NCBI GenBank assembly: GCA_963666055.2
Contig: CAXWPH010000014.1
Coordinates: 320,001 to 384,000 of the forward strand
Origin: Acidobacteriota bacterium
GTDB taxonomy: Bacteria > Acidobacteriota > UBA890 > WLXD01
Direction of reading: 5' to 3'
DNA: 64,000 bases
The notes below the pieces were generated by a model. The model saw only the letters and a program-made list of their open reading frames with translations. It was not told the origin of the DNA and made no database searches. This document shows, in pieces, positions 20,149-29,438 of this stretch (the stretch's first letter is position 1; each line of letters starts with the position of its first letter). The position numbers were made by a program, and so were the translations under genes.

Positions 20149-20167
20149 GAGTGAGCAGCCGCCGCGC

Positions 20168-20497
20168 ATGAGCAAGCCGGGCTTCGTCGCTGGCGGGCAC
20201 TACTCGGCCTACGTGGAGGTTCGTCGCCTCAAGCGGATAGGCGACCTCGATGGCGCCACGGAGCTTCTCCTGCGCCTGGTGGACGCCACAGAGGCCGAGG
20301 CCGCCGCCGAGAGCGAAGGCTGCGGGGTTGATCCGTGGTACTACGAGCAGCTTGCGATGATCTACCGGAAGAAGAAGCAGTCAGCCGATGAGCTCGCGAT
20401 CCTCGAGCGGTACGAACGACAAGCGAAGGTCCCTGGGGCCGTTCCAGAGAGGCTGGCTAATCGCCTGGCCGGCCTGCGACCCAAGGCGGACGAATGA
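20168..20497 (+). CDS. Hypothetical helical (TPR-like) protein
   Basis: 'PWYYEQLAMIYRK...ELAILERY'; ATGA-coupled to HTH gene. Confidence 0.7.
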   Translation: MSKPGFVAGGHYSAYVEVRRLKRIGDLDGATELLLRLVDATEAEAAAESEGCGVDPWYYEQLAMIYRKKKQSADELAILERYERQAKVPGAVPERLANRLAGLRPKADE

Positions 20498-20850
20498 GAG
20501 GCCGTTCCGCCGTCACCCCGCGCCCTGTCGCCTACCCCCGCTGCACGTTCGGCACCTACCTCGGCGAGTTGATCGACGCTCACCCTACCTCAAGACCCAG
20601 GCTAGCCGAGCGAATCGGCGTGTCTCCGGGGAACCTCAGCAACTACCGCCACGGACGCTACCTCCCGCCGGACCGCAAGGCTATCGGCGTGATCGCCCGA
20701 GTGCTCGCACCGACCAGCGCACAGCAGCCAGAGATCCGCGCGGAGCTCACGCGCCGCTGGATCGCTGACCTGCTAGATGTGCACCTACGCGGGGGCGGCG
20801 TGTCGATGGATGAGGCGCGGTTGGCGATCCGCGATCTAGCGAGGCGCTGA
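20494..20850 (+). CDS. XRE-type helix-turn-helix protein
   Basis: 'LAERIGVSPGNLSNYRHGRYLPP'. Confidence 0.8.
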   Translation: MRGRSAVTPRPVAYPRCTFGTYLGELIDAHPTSRPRLAERIGVSPGNLSNYRHGRYLPPDRKAIGVIARVLAPTSAQQPEIRAELTRRWIADLLDVHLRGGGVSMDEARLAIRDLARR

Positions 20851-21110
20851 CGTGACGCAGGCGGAGGCGCGGCGGGCGATTGAGGATACGGCGGGGGCAC
20901 GGAGGCGGAGGTAGAGGAACGGCCAACAGCGCGCCAGCCACAGCCCCGGAGCTGTCGAGTTCACGCTCTGCGGCCTCTGTTTGTTTCAAGCTCCGACAGG
21001 GACTACCGTCAGCCAAACATGTCAACAGCGTCCCCCGCTGGAGCACCCCGAAGCGATGATTGTCCTCTATCGTGCTTCTATCGATCAGTCACCTCGAACA
21101 GAGGGCTCCA

Positions 21111-23306
21111 ATGGCTGACGTGTGGGCCCATCTCAAGGCCGACCCAATAATCAGAATCACGGGCCTGCTCTACACCGGCCTCATTCTGGTGTACGGGATC
21201 TCCTTGCTGTCGAGCTGGCAGCTGGCCAGCCTCGGTGACTACCTCGATTTCATTTTTGCCGCCCTCGCAGTCTGGGCACTTCTGTACGGAGTGAGACAGA
21301 TCAAGCACCCAGAGGAACGAAGGTTTTGGTTATTGATCGCCTGTGGGGTCGCGGCCTTCCTAGTAATCGAGATCTTGTATCTCCCCGCGCCCGATGCTGA
21401 GGCAATCCAGCTCCAGACCCGCGAGGGACTTCTGGCTTTGCTGTATTACGCAGCGGTTTTCTTGGCTGTTTCAGCGAACCCTCACCTAAAGCCCGGATGG
21501 AGCCGCGGGAACAGACGGTATTGGACTACGTCCACCGCAAGCCTTCTCTTCGTACTGGGATCAGTAGCCTACGTTTTTCTCATTCAGATAACGGTCGTCC
21601 GCGGTGCTGAATCCTACGTGCCGAATCTACTCATGTACCTCTGTCTCGATGCCTTGGTCGCTGGAACGTTCGTGTACCTCAGCAGAACGTGCGGGAGCAT
21701 TCGTTGGAGAAACCTCTACGCCCTACTGGCAGTGGGATGGGGTCTGTGGGCGATCGCGTCCTCTGTCGATCTCCTGGCGGCTTTGAGCGTATGGCCGCTT
21801 GGTTACAGGGCGGAAACAATCCTTGAATTTACCGTGCCCTACTTGCCACTCATCGCAGTCGCACGATTGCGGCACTACGCAGCTCCCCAACAAACGCCTG
21901 CCGAAGACCACAAGCGGACCTCTCGACAGAGTCCACTAAGACTTGGAGGTTCACCGATCCTGTATCTCACGGTACTCCCGCTATTCCATTTCGGCGGTTA
22001 CTGGGCAGAGATATTCAGTCCGGACGCGAAGCCATATCGAGAGTTCATAATGCTGTCTGTGGTTCTCGTCCTCGCAGCTCTAGCCTTCGTGAACCAGAAG
22101 CAGCTGGAGTCGGAGCGGCGAATCCTCGAGGAGCAGGCGCGCCAATCGCAGAAGATGGAAGCTGTCGGCACTCTTGCTGGAGGAGTGGCCCACGACTTCA
22201 ACAACATGCTCACGGCCATCATTGGTAACGCCGAGCTTCTACGGAGCGACGATCTGAACCTCACCGACCGGCAGCGCGCAGAGGTCGAGGAGATCAGGAA
22301 AGCCTCGGAGCGTGCCACCTCTTTGACCCAGCAGCTCCTGGCCTTCGGCCGTCGGCAGATGCTGGCGCCCGAGGTAGTCGATTTGAACGCCTCCGTGGCC
22401 GAAATGCAGAAGTTGCTCCGCCGCTTGATCGGCGAGGACGTCGAGCTGATCACCGAGCTCGACTCTGCGCTGGGCAGCGTCAAGGCCGACCCGGCACAGA
22501 TCGATCAGGTGATCATGAACCTCGCAATCAACGCCCGAGACGCGATGCCCGAAGGCGGTGAGATCAGGATCGGGACGGCGAACGCGGATGTGGACGAGGC
22601 CGAGGCACAAGTGCAGGACGGCATGGTGCCGGGCCGCTATGTGATGCTGGTGGTGAGCGATACGGGTTCCGGCATGGACGCGGAGACCCGGGAGAAGATC
22701 TTCGAGCCCTTCTTTACCACCAAGGACACGGGCGCAGGGACGGGTCTGGGACTATCGACGGTCTACGGGATCGTCAAACAGAGCGACGGCTTTATCGGCG
22801 TTGATAGCGAGCCGGGGCATGGCACGACGTTCAAGATCTACCTGCCGCGGGTCGATGAGCCCATCGAGCCGCCCGAACCCAGCACTGTCATCTCGCTGCA
22901 GGGCATGGAGACTGTGCTGCTGGTGGAAGACGAAGAGATGTTGCGCGCCCTGGCCCGCCAGGTCCTCCAGAGGAACGGGTACAGGGTTCTAGAGGCGTCG
23001 GGGGGGCCAGAGGCCGTCGAGATCTTCGAGCGGCACGAGGGGCCGATCAACCTGCTGCTAACTGATGTGGTGATGCCGAAAATGAGCGGCCACGAGCTGG
23101 CGCAGCGGTTGACCATGCTGAGCCCGGAACTGAAGGTGCTGTATATATCGGGCTACGCGGAACAGGAACTCGTCGGCCGCGGTTTGTCGAGTAACAGCTG
23201 GGCTTTACTTCAGAAGCCGTTCACACCGGACGCGCTGGCGCGCAGGGTGCGCGAGCTCCTGGATTCTCCCGGCAACGGGGCAGAAGGCTTGCCGTCAATC
23301 GTGTGA
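21111..23306 (+). CDS. Membrane hybrid sensor histidine kinase/response regulator
   Basis: Multi-TM N-terminus; '[19 protein letters not shown]', 'NARDAM', 'GTGLGL'; receiver 'LLVEDE...LLTDVVMP...LQKPF'. Confidence 0.93.
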   Translation: MADVWAHLKADPIIRITGLLYTGLILVYGISLLSSWQLASLGDYLDFIFAALAVWALLYGVRQIKHPEERRFWLLIACGVAAFLVIEILYLPAPDAEAIQLQTREGLLALLYYAAVFLAVSANPHLKPGWSRGNRRYWTTSTASLLFVLGSVAYVFLIQITVVRGAESYVPNLLMYLCLDALVAGTFVYLSRTCGSIRWRNLYALLAVGWGLWAIASSVDLLAALSVWPLGYRAETILEFTVPYLPLIAVARLRHYAAPQQTPAEDHKRTSRQSPLRLGGSPILYLTVLPLFHFGGYWAEIFSPDAKPYREFIMLSVVLVLAALAFVNQKQLESERRILEEQARQSQKMEAVGTLAGGVAHDFNNMLTAIIGNAELLRSDDLNLTDRQRAEVEEIRKASERATSLTQQLLAFGRRQMLAPEVVDLNASVAEMQKLLRRLIGEDVELITELDSALGSVKADPAQIDQVIMNLAINARDAMPEGGEIRIGTANADVDEAEAQVQDGMVPGRYVMLVVSDTGSGMDAETREKIFEPFFTTKDTGAGTGLGLSTVYGIVKQSDGFIGVDSEPGHGTTFKIYLPRVDEPIEPPEPSTVISLQGMETVLLVEDEEMLRALARQVLQRNGYRVLEASGGPEAVEIFERHEGPINLLLTDVVMPKMSGHELAQRLTMLSPELKVLYISGYAEQELVGRGLSSNSWALLQKPFTPDALARRVRELLDSPGNGAEGLPSIV

Positions 23307-23474
23307 ACGTTGGTGCCCATGCCTCCATTCTACGGCTCTGCATCTGCCCGGCAGGACCGACGATCCCGCCGCCATCACGACTCACGAGATCATCGGGCCG
23401 GCGCCGCAGCCAGTATTGGCGCCGTCATTCCCAGCGCCTGTGCCCCGATTGGGGCACAGGGATCCACACTGAAA

Positions 23475-23750
23475 ATGAATATAGCGACGTTGAACGTGGG
23501 GCTGCGAAGCTTAAAGGCTGACCTAGCTTCCTGGCAGGCACGTGCCGCGCGCATCGCGTGCCTACTTGACGACTACGAGATTGACGTAGTCCTTTTCCAG
23601 GAACTCTTCGCTGTGCAGTGGGAGTCGGCGAGTGATTGGCTTCGTTCCTTGATGAAGGAGGCCGGCTTGCCGGAAGCAGATTTCAGCAAGTCCAATATCC
23701 TCAGGCAGGCACTTCCTTCGTTCCACATCGCAGAGGAACTCATTCATTGA
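23475..23750 (+). pseudogene. Truncated endonuclease/exonuclease/phosphatase family protein
   Basis: 'MNIATLNV...W..RA..I...DVVLFQE' N-terminal motifs; ends after ~90 aa. Confidence 0.7.
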
Positions 23751-24104
23751 GGCACACCGCAGGGCGGCCTATTCTGGGGCCTTGGAGTCGCCTCACGTTT
23801 TCCGATCCTCGTTTCGGAGCATCACGATCTCACCGGATGTACGAACAGGCTCACGCCCCGCATCCAGCCCCGCGCCTCCAGCGCCTCCTCCACTGTCGCC
23901 CGACCCCACGGCTCGTAGGCCTTGTACAGGCGCACCGTCGGGAACCTGGGTGGAGCGCCGAGACCAGAGGCGATCACGGCGGAGATGGAGCAAATCTACC
24001 CTTCGAACGAAGGAGCTGAACCGGGGTCGGGGTTCGCCAGATCCGCGAGTAGTCGTGCTAGCCTCTCGAGCACGTCGGAGCAGATCAGGCGGAAGTGCCT
24101 CACG

Positions 24105-24190
24105 CCCGCACCCACCGCGATTCCCAGGGTGCGTATAGGGTGCGGAATGAGCACCCAACTGTGAGCTGGTGCCAAGTTGGTGCCAAAAAC
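24105..24190. repeat. Element-end motif (GCACCC/GGGTGC repeats plus TGGTGCCAA x2), core shared with 58912-58962
   Basis: CCGCACCCA..G.GA.TCCCAGGGTGCGTATAGGGTGC.GAATGAGCACCC present at both sites. Confidence 0.85.
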
Positions 24191-24239
24191 GGCTCGAAAC
24201 CACCCTGTTTTGCTGACCTTGACCCCCTAAAATCAACCT

Positions 24240-25334
24240 GTGCGCATACTGCATGTCTACAAGGACTATCCACCGGTAATCGGCGGCATCGAGGGGCACA
24301 TACGTCTGCTCGCAGAGGCGCAGGCTCAACGCGGGCTGGAGGTGACCGTGCTGGCCACCTCGCCTGACCGCCGCACATCGATCGACCAGGAGCATGGCGT
24401 ACGGGTGGTCCGCGCCGGCCGGCTTGGGGAGCTGGCTTCGACACCCATCAGCCTGCGGTTGGTGCGACAACTGCGACGCGAGCGCGCCGACGTGGTGCAT
24501 GTGCACATGCCGTATCCGTTGGCTGAGCTTGCCGAGCTCACCATGGGGGGCGGGCGCCCTTGTGTGGTGACCTACCACAGCGATGTGGTGCGGCAGCGAA
24601 CGTGGGCAGGATTGCTCGGCCCGCTGCGCAGGCGGTTCTTGCGACGCACCCGATGTGTGCTGGCTACCAGTGCCGCGTATGTGCGCAGCTCTCCGACCCT
24701 GAGCCGCATGCGCGACAAGTGCCGGGTCGTTCCCCTGGGCGTCGACATCGACCGCTTCGCCGAGCCCGAGCGCACCGTCCGGTCGCCGATCGACGTGGAT
24801 GGACAGGTCGTCCTGTTCGTAGGCCGTTTCCGCCACTACAAGGGGCTGTCCGTTCTGGTCGAGGCGATGACGCGACTCGACGCCAACTTGGTGCTGGTGG
24901 GCGACGGAGCCGAACGAGCCCGTCTCGAGCGTCAGATTCGCCACTCCCCGGCGCGTTCTCGCGTCAGTATTCTCAGCGACGTCACCGACGAGGAGCTGCC
25001 CGGTTGCTACGCTCGCGCCGACGTCGTCGTGTTCCCTTCAACGGAGCGCAGCGAGGCCTTCGGGTTGACGCTGGTCGAGGCCATGGCGAGCGGCACTCCG
25101 GTGGTCAGCACCGAGCTGAGCACTGGAACGAGCGAAGTGAACGAGCATGGCGTTACCGGCTTGGTGGTGCCCCCCGACGATCCGGCGGCACTGCGGGATG
25201 CGCTCCACACGCTGCTGGCAGACACGGCGCTGCGACAGCGCATGGGGCGCGCCGCGTCGCACCGTGCTCGTGCGAGCTACGCCGCGAACCAGATGGTCGA
25301 CGCCACCCTCGACGCCTACGAGGACGCCCTGTGA
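24240..25334 (+). CDS. Glycosyltransferase family 4 protein (N-terminus supplied by island)
   Basis: 'HVYKDYPPVIGGIE', 'FVGRFRHYKG', 'SEAFGLTLVEAMASG'. Confidence 0.93.
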   Translation: MRILHVYKDYPPVIGGIEGHIRLLAEAQAQRGLEVTVLATSPDRRTSIDQEHGVRVVRAGRLGELASTPISLRLVRQLRRERADVVHVHMPYPLAELAELTMGGGRPCVVTYHSDVVRQRTWAGLLGPLRRRFLRRTRCVLATSAAYVRSSPTLSRMRDKCRVVPLGVDIDRFAEPERTVRSPIDVDGQVVLFVGRFRHYKGLSVLVEAMTRLDANLVLVGDGAERARLERQIRHSPARSRVSILSDVTDEELPGCYARADVVVFPSTERSEAFGLTLVEAMASGTPVVSTELSTGTSEVNEHGVTGLVVPPDDPAALRDALHTLLADTALRQRMGRAASHRARASYAANQMVDATLDAYEDAL

Positions 25335-26463
25335 GCTCGCACCTCGCACCCGCATCGCCACGTGAGAAACGCAGTGCGCGGGAGTCCGGGGGAACTTCAC
25401 CAGGAGTGCTGACTGCGATAGAGCGAGACGTCGTGACGACCATTGCCTACGCCAACATGTTCGACTATCCGCTCACCCTGCCGGAGATACATCGCTACCT
25501 CGTCGGCACCGCCGCAGATCTGGCCGAAGTGACCGCGACGGTCGACCGGTTGGAGGGACGGGGCATCGAGCGTCGCGACGGCTATGTGTTCGTCGCCGGA
25601 CGTCGCCGCACCGTCGACATGCGGCTCCGCCGCCGGCGTTCGAGCGCACCCCGATGGGACACCGCGCGACGCTACGCGCGGGCCTTGAGCCGGTGCCCGT
25701 TCGTACGGATGGTGGCGGTGTGTGGCTCGTTGGCAGTAGACAACGCCGACGACCACGGCGATATCGACATCTTCTGCATCACCGTCCGTGGGCGGCTCTG
25801 GTGGGGGCAGACGGCGGCGATGCTGTTGCGCCGGTTGCCGGCGTTGGCGCGCCAACGTATCTGTCCGAACTCCTTTCTGTCAGCGGGCAGCCTGCGCTTA
25901 GACGACCGCAACCTGTACACCGCCCACGAGATCATCCAGGCTGTGCCACTAGCCGGTGAGGCCGTCTATCGCGAGTTCGTCGACGCCAACGACTGGCTCG
26001 ACGAGCTACTACCCAACGCGCGCAGTGCAGAAATAGACAACACTGGCGGGGCCACCGATGCGCCCGACGGCGGACCATGGGGTGGCCACCAAGGCCGAGG
26101 CGCCGCGTTCGTCGAACGTCTGTTCGCCGGCCGGTTCGGGGACGCGCTCGACCGCGTGGCTTATGAAACGTTGCTCCGTTACTACGGGCTGCGGCTGCGC
26201 GCCCGCGGCGTAGCCCTGCAACAGCTGCGCCACTACTACCGCCGCGATCGCCAACTGGTGGTTGGTGGGGGCTACGAGGCCATCGTTCGATGCCGGTTTG
26301 CCGAGCACTTGCGCGAGCTTCTCGGCGACCCTGGCGCCGCGGCGCCAGGGTCGCGCGCCTGCTCCCTGTTGGCGACGCCAGCACCGCGAACGGGCCGCAC
26401 AGCCGGCAATCGCCGCTGCTGTACGAGCAACAGTTCGAGGCTCGCTACGGAGCAGACCAGTGA
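25331..26463 (+). CDS. Nucleotidyltransferase-domain-like protein, apparent frameshift near 26340
   Basis: 'FDYPLT..EI', 'VAVCGSLA...GDIDIFCIT' NTase motif; plausible C-terminus (…QQFEARYGADQ*) lies in another frame and its stop overlaps the next GTG. Confidence 0.7.
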
Positions 26464-28046
26464 GCGACCTGTTGGTGGGCCAGTCCTATTTCCTACGCTT
26501 CGACCCGAAGCTCCACCGGGCAATGCGGCCGCAGCCGCCACTGGGATCGTTGTGGGCCGCATCGTGCGCCCGCGAGCAAGGCCACTCGGTGCAGGTGTTC
26601 GACGCCATGCTTGCAGAGTCGGAGGACGACTGGGCGACGGCGCTGGAGCAAGCGCATCCGCGTTTCGCTGTGCTGTTCGAAGACAACTTCAACTACCTGT
26701 CGAAGATGTGTCTGCTGCGCATGCGCGAGGCGGCGTTTCGCATGATCGCAATGGCACGCAAACGCCAGTGCGAGGTAATCGTATGCGGCTCCGATGCCAC
26801 CGATCACTCGCCTGAGTACCTCGAGCAGGGGGCCGACTACGTGCTCAGCGGCGAGGGCGAGGCCACCTTGATCGAGCTCTTGGCCTCGCGTACCGGGCGC
26901 GGCGAACAACCCGTGGAAGCGATCGCAGGTCTGCGCTTCCTGGCAGCCGATGGCAGCCTTCGCGACACCGGCAGCCGGCCGCTGCTAACCGATCTCGATG
27001 CGTTGCCTGCACCGGCGCGGGACCTGATCGACATGGAGCGCTATGCGTCGATCTGGCGGCAACGCCACGGTGTGTTCTCGCTGAACATGGCCACCACCCG
27101 CGGCTGTCCGTTTCACTGCAACTGGTGCGCCAAGCCCATCTGGGGGCAGGCGTACCACATCCGTAGCCCTGAGCACGTGGTCACCGAGATGGCGCAACTA
27201 GTCGAGCAATACGGCGTGGAGCACATCGACTTCGCCGACGACATCATGGGACTGCAGCCTGGATGGCTGGGGCAATTTGCCGACTGCCTTGCCGACGCCG
27301 GGCTCGGCGTGCCCTACAAGTGTCTGAGCCGCACCGACCTGCTGTTGCGCAAAGGCGAGATCGACGCGCTGCGACGCTCCGGTTGCAGCACCGTCTGGAT
27401 GGGGGCAGAGTCGGGCTCGCAGAAGATCCTCGATGCGATGGAGAAGGGCACCACGGTCGAGCAGGTCGAGGAGGCCAGCGCGAAGCTGCGCCAGGCGGGA
27501 ATTGGCGTCGGGTTCTTCCTGCAGTTTGGTTATCCGGGCGAGACCTACGCTGACATCGATCAGACGCGAAGGCTGGTGCGACGCTGCTCGCCCGATGAGA
27601 TCGGCATCTCGGTGTCGTACCCGCTGCCCGGCACCAAGTTCCATGATCGCGTTCAGGAGCAGTTCGGCGCGCAGCGCAACTGGGTAGATTCCGACGACAT
27701 GGCAATGCTCTACGCCGGCCCGTACAGCCCCTCGTTCTACCGTCGGCTGTACCGCGTTGTGCAGCTCGAGTTCCGTCGCGACCGAGCGCTTGCCGAGTCC
27801 ATCGGCCGCGATCACCGCCCGACCTCGACGCGCCGACGACGACTGCGGTGTGTCGCCGCAGCCACGGCGCACACCCTGCGCTTGCCATTCGAGCGTTGGC
27901 AGTTACAACGGCTGCGGCGGCAATCGCCGGGCGGGCCGCAGCTCACCGCGCAGCCGGTCGATCGTGAAGATGCCGCCACTCCGACCCCGCAGCCTGCGCC
28001 GCACCCCACCCCGCAGCCAACCGCGCTGCGAGCCCCGCAAGGCTGA
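26460..28046 (+). CDS. B12-binding domain radical SAM protein 1
   Basis: 'PPLG' N-terminus; TRGCPFHCNWC; 'GAESGSQ'; 'YPLPGT'. Confidence 0.92.
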   Translation: MSDLLVGQSYFLRFDPKLHRAMRPQPPLGSLWAASCAREQGHSVQVFDAMLAESEDDWATALEQAHPRFAVLFEDNFNYLSKMCLLRMREAAFRMIAMARKRQCEVIVCGSDATDHSPEYLEQGADYVLSGEGEATLIELLASRTGRGEQPVEAIAGLRFLAADGSLRDTGSRPLLTDLDALPAPARDLIDMERYASIWRQRHGVFSLNMATTRGCPFHCNWCAKPIWGQAYHIRSPEHVVTEMAQLVEQYGVEHIDFADDIMGLQPGWLGQFADCLADAGLGVPYKCLSRTDLLLRKGEIDALRRSGCSTVWMGAESGSQKILDAMEKGTTVEQVEEASAKLRQAGIGVGFFLQFGYPGETYADIDQTRRLVRRCSPDEIGISVSYPLPGTKFHDRVQEQFGAQRNWVDSDDMAMLYAGPYSPSFYRRLYRVVQLEFRRDRALAESIGRDHRPTSTRRRRLRCVAAATAHTLRLPFERWQLQRLRRQSPGGPQLTAQPVDREDAATPTPQPAPHPTPQPTALRAPQG

Positions 28047-28051
28047 GAGCG

Positions 28052-29434
28052 ATGCGGCGGAATGTCGTCCTGTACAACCCGCAGGCGGTCTTCTTCACCA
28101 TGCCGCTCGGTCTCCTGGCGGTCGGATCGGCGCTCGACCCCAGCCGCTATTCGGTACGGATCATCGATGCCCGGCTGGAAGCGAGGCCGCATGAAGCGCT
28201 CGTTACCGCCGCCAAGGACGCCGTTTGTGTGGGGATCGGCGCGCTGGCGGCTTCCAGAGCCATCAAGAGCCGCTTCCCCGAGCTGCCCGTGGTGTGGGGC
28301 GGCTGGCACCCGTCGCTCTTTCCGACCGCGACGCTCCAGGAGCCCGCCATCGACATAACGGTGCAGGGGCAAGGCGAGCAGACGTTCGCCGAGCTCGTTG
28401 AGCGGCTAAACCGGGGCGATGACCTGGCGGGATTGCCAGGCATCGCCTATCGGGACGGCGACCGTGCATTGCAGAACGCCCCGCGCGCACTTGCCTCCAT
28501 GGACGAGCTGCCACAGCCGGACTACGGGCTCATCGACGTGCCCGCCTACTTCGCCAGGAAGGGCACGCCGCAGTTCGATTTCATCTCCTCGACCGGTTGC
28601 CATTTCCGCTGCGCCTTCTGCGCCGATCCATTCGTATACAAGCGCGGCTGGGTGGCGCTGTCGCCGCCGCGCTTCGGCGACCTGATCGAGGAGCATTGGC
28701 GCCGCTATCGCTTCGATGAGCTGGCGTTCCAGGACGAGACCTTCTTCACCTACCGCGATCGTGTGGCGGCGATCGCCGAGGAGATCCTGCGGCGCGACCT
28801 GCGCTTCAGCTGGACGGCGACGATGCGCGCCGACCAGGGGACTCGGCTCACCAACGAGATCTTCGAGCACTGCGTACGCTCGGGCATGAGCCGGCTGCTG
28901 ATCGGGGTGGAGTCGGGCGATCAGGCAACGCTCGATTGGATGCAGAAGGACATCACGATCGACCAGGTCATGCAGTGCGCCGAGCTTTGCGCACGCCACC
29001 GAGTCGGAGCGCAGTTCCCGTTCATCGTCGGCTTCCCCGGAGAGCGATACGAGAGCGTCGAGCGCTCGCTGCGGCTGGCGCACCGGCTGCGTCGCATGAG
29101 CCCGCGCTTCGAGACGCCGATCTTCTACTTCAAGCCCTACCCGGGCTCGCCGATCACCGCGCAGGCGGTGCGAGACGGATACGAGCTACCGGCCGATCTG
29201 CAGGGTTGGGCCGACTTCGACTTCATCGGCTCCGCCGGCCCCTGGGTGAGCGCTGAGCTCTTTCGCCATGTCGAGCGGTTCAAGTTCTACAACCGTTTCG
29301 CCGGCGGGCCGGACAGGTTGCTCAAGCGACCGCTCTCTTGGTTGGCTCGCTGGCGCTGCCGACACGATTTCTTCGCGCTGCCGATAGAGAAGCTCGTCGT
29401 TGAGCAACTGGCGCCCACACCGCAGCTTTCCTGA
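28052..29434 (+). CDS. B12-binding domain radical SAM protein 2
   Basis: 'MPLGLL', 'WGGWHPS', GCHFRCAFC, 'GVESG', 'KPYPGS'. Confidence 0.92.
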   Translation: MRRNVVLYNPQAVFFTMPLGLLAVGSALDPSRYSVRIIDARLEARPHEALVTAAKDAVCVGIGALAASRAIKSRFPELPVVWGGWHPSLFPTATLQEPAIDITVQGQGEQTFAELVERLNRGDDLAGLPGIAYRDGDRALQNAPRALASMDELPQPDYGLIDVPAYFARKGTPQFDFISSTGCHFRCAFCADPFVYKRGWVALSPPRFGDLIEEHWRRYRFDELAFQDETFFTYRDRVAAIAEEILRRDLRFSWTATMRADQGTRLTNEIFEHCVRSGMSRLLIGVESGDQATLDWMQKDITIDQVMQCAELCARHRVGAQFPFIVGFPGERYESVERSLRLAHRLRRMSPRFETPIFYFKPYPGSPITAQAVRDGYELPADLQGWADFDFIGSAGPWVSAELFRHVERFKFYNRFAGGPDRLLKRPLSWLARWRCRHDFFALPIEKLVVEQLAPTPQLS

Positions 29435-29438
29435 GCCC

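Larger units (their letters stand above)
17065..24265. mobile_element. Genomic island (~7.2 kb) inserted in the 5' end of a GT4 gene; no integrase visible
   Basis: Direct repeat TACAAGGA at 17065-17072 and 24258-24265 within duplicated N-terminal codons; gene fragments, internal repeats and arm-like repeats near right end. Confidence 0.82.

Noticed and set aside
17386-20150. CRISPR array or integron attC array
   Set aside because: Repeat spacing is 0.8-1.85 kb and irregular; no cas or intI; no RYYYAAC...GTTRRRY boxes at repeat ends
17065-24265. Intact prophage or ICE
   Set aside because: No integrase, replication, structural or conjugation genes present
24560-26815. 751-aa ORF as a single protein
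   Set aside because: Overlaps GT4 and radical SAM genes out of frame; only 25331-~26340 looks coding
27975-28046. Pro/Gln/Thr repeat at the end of radical SAM 1 as a RiPP precursor
   Set aside because: Low-complexity tail within the ORF, with no separate start or leader
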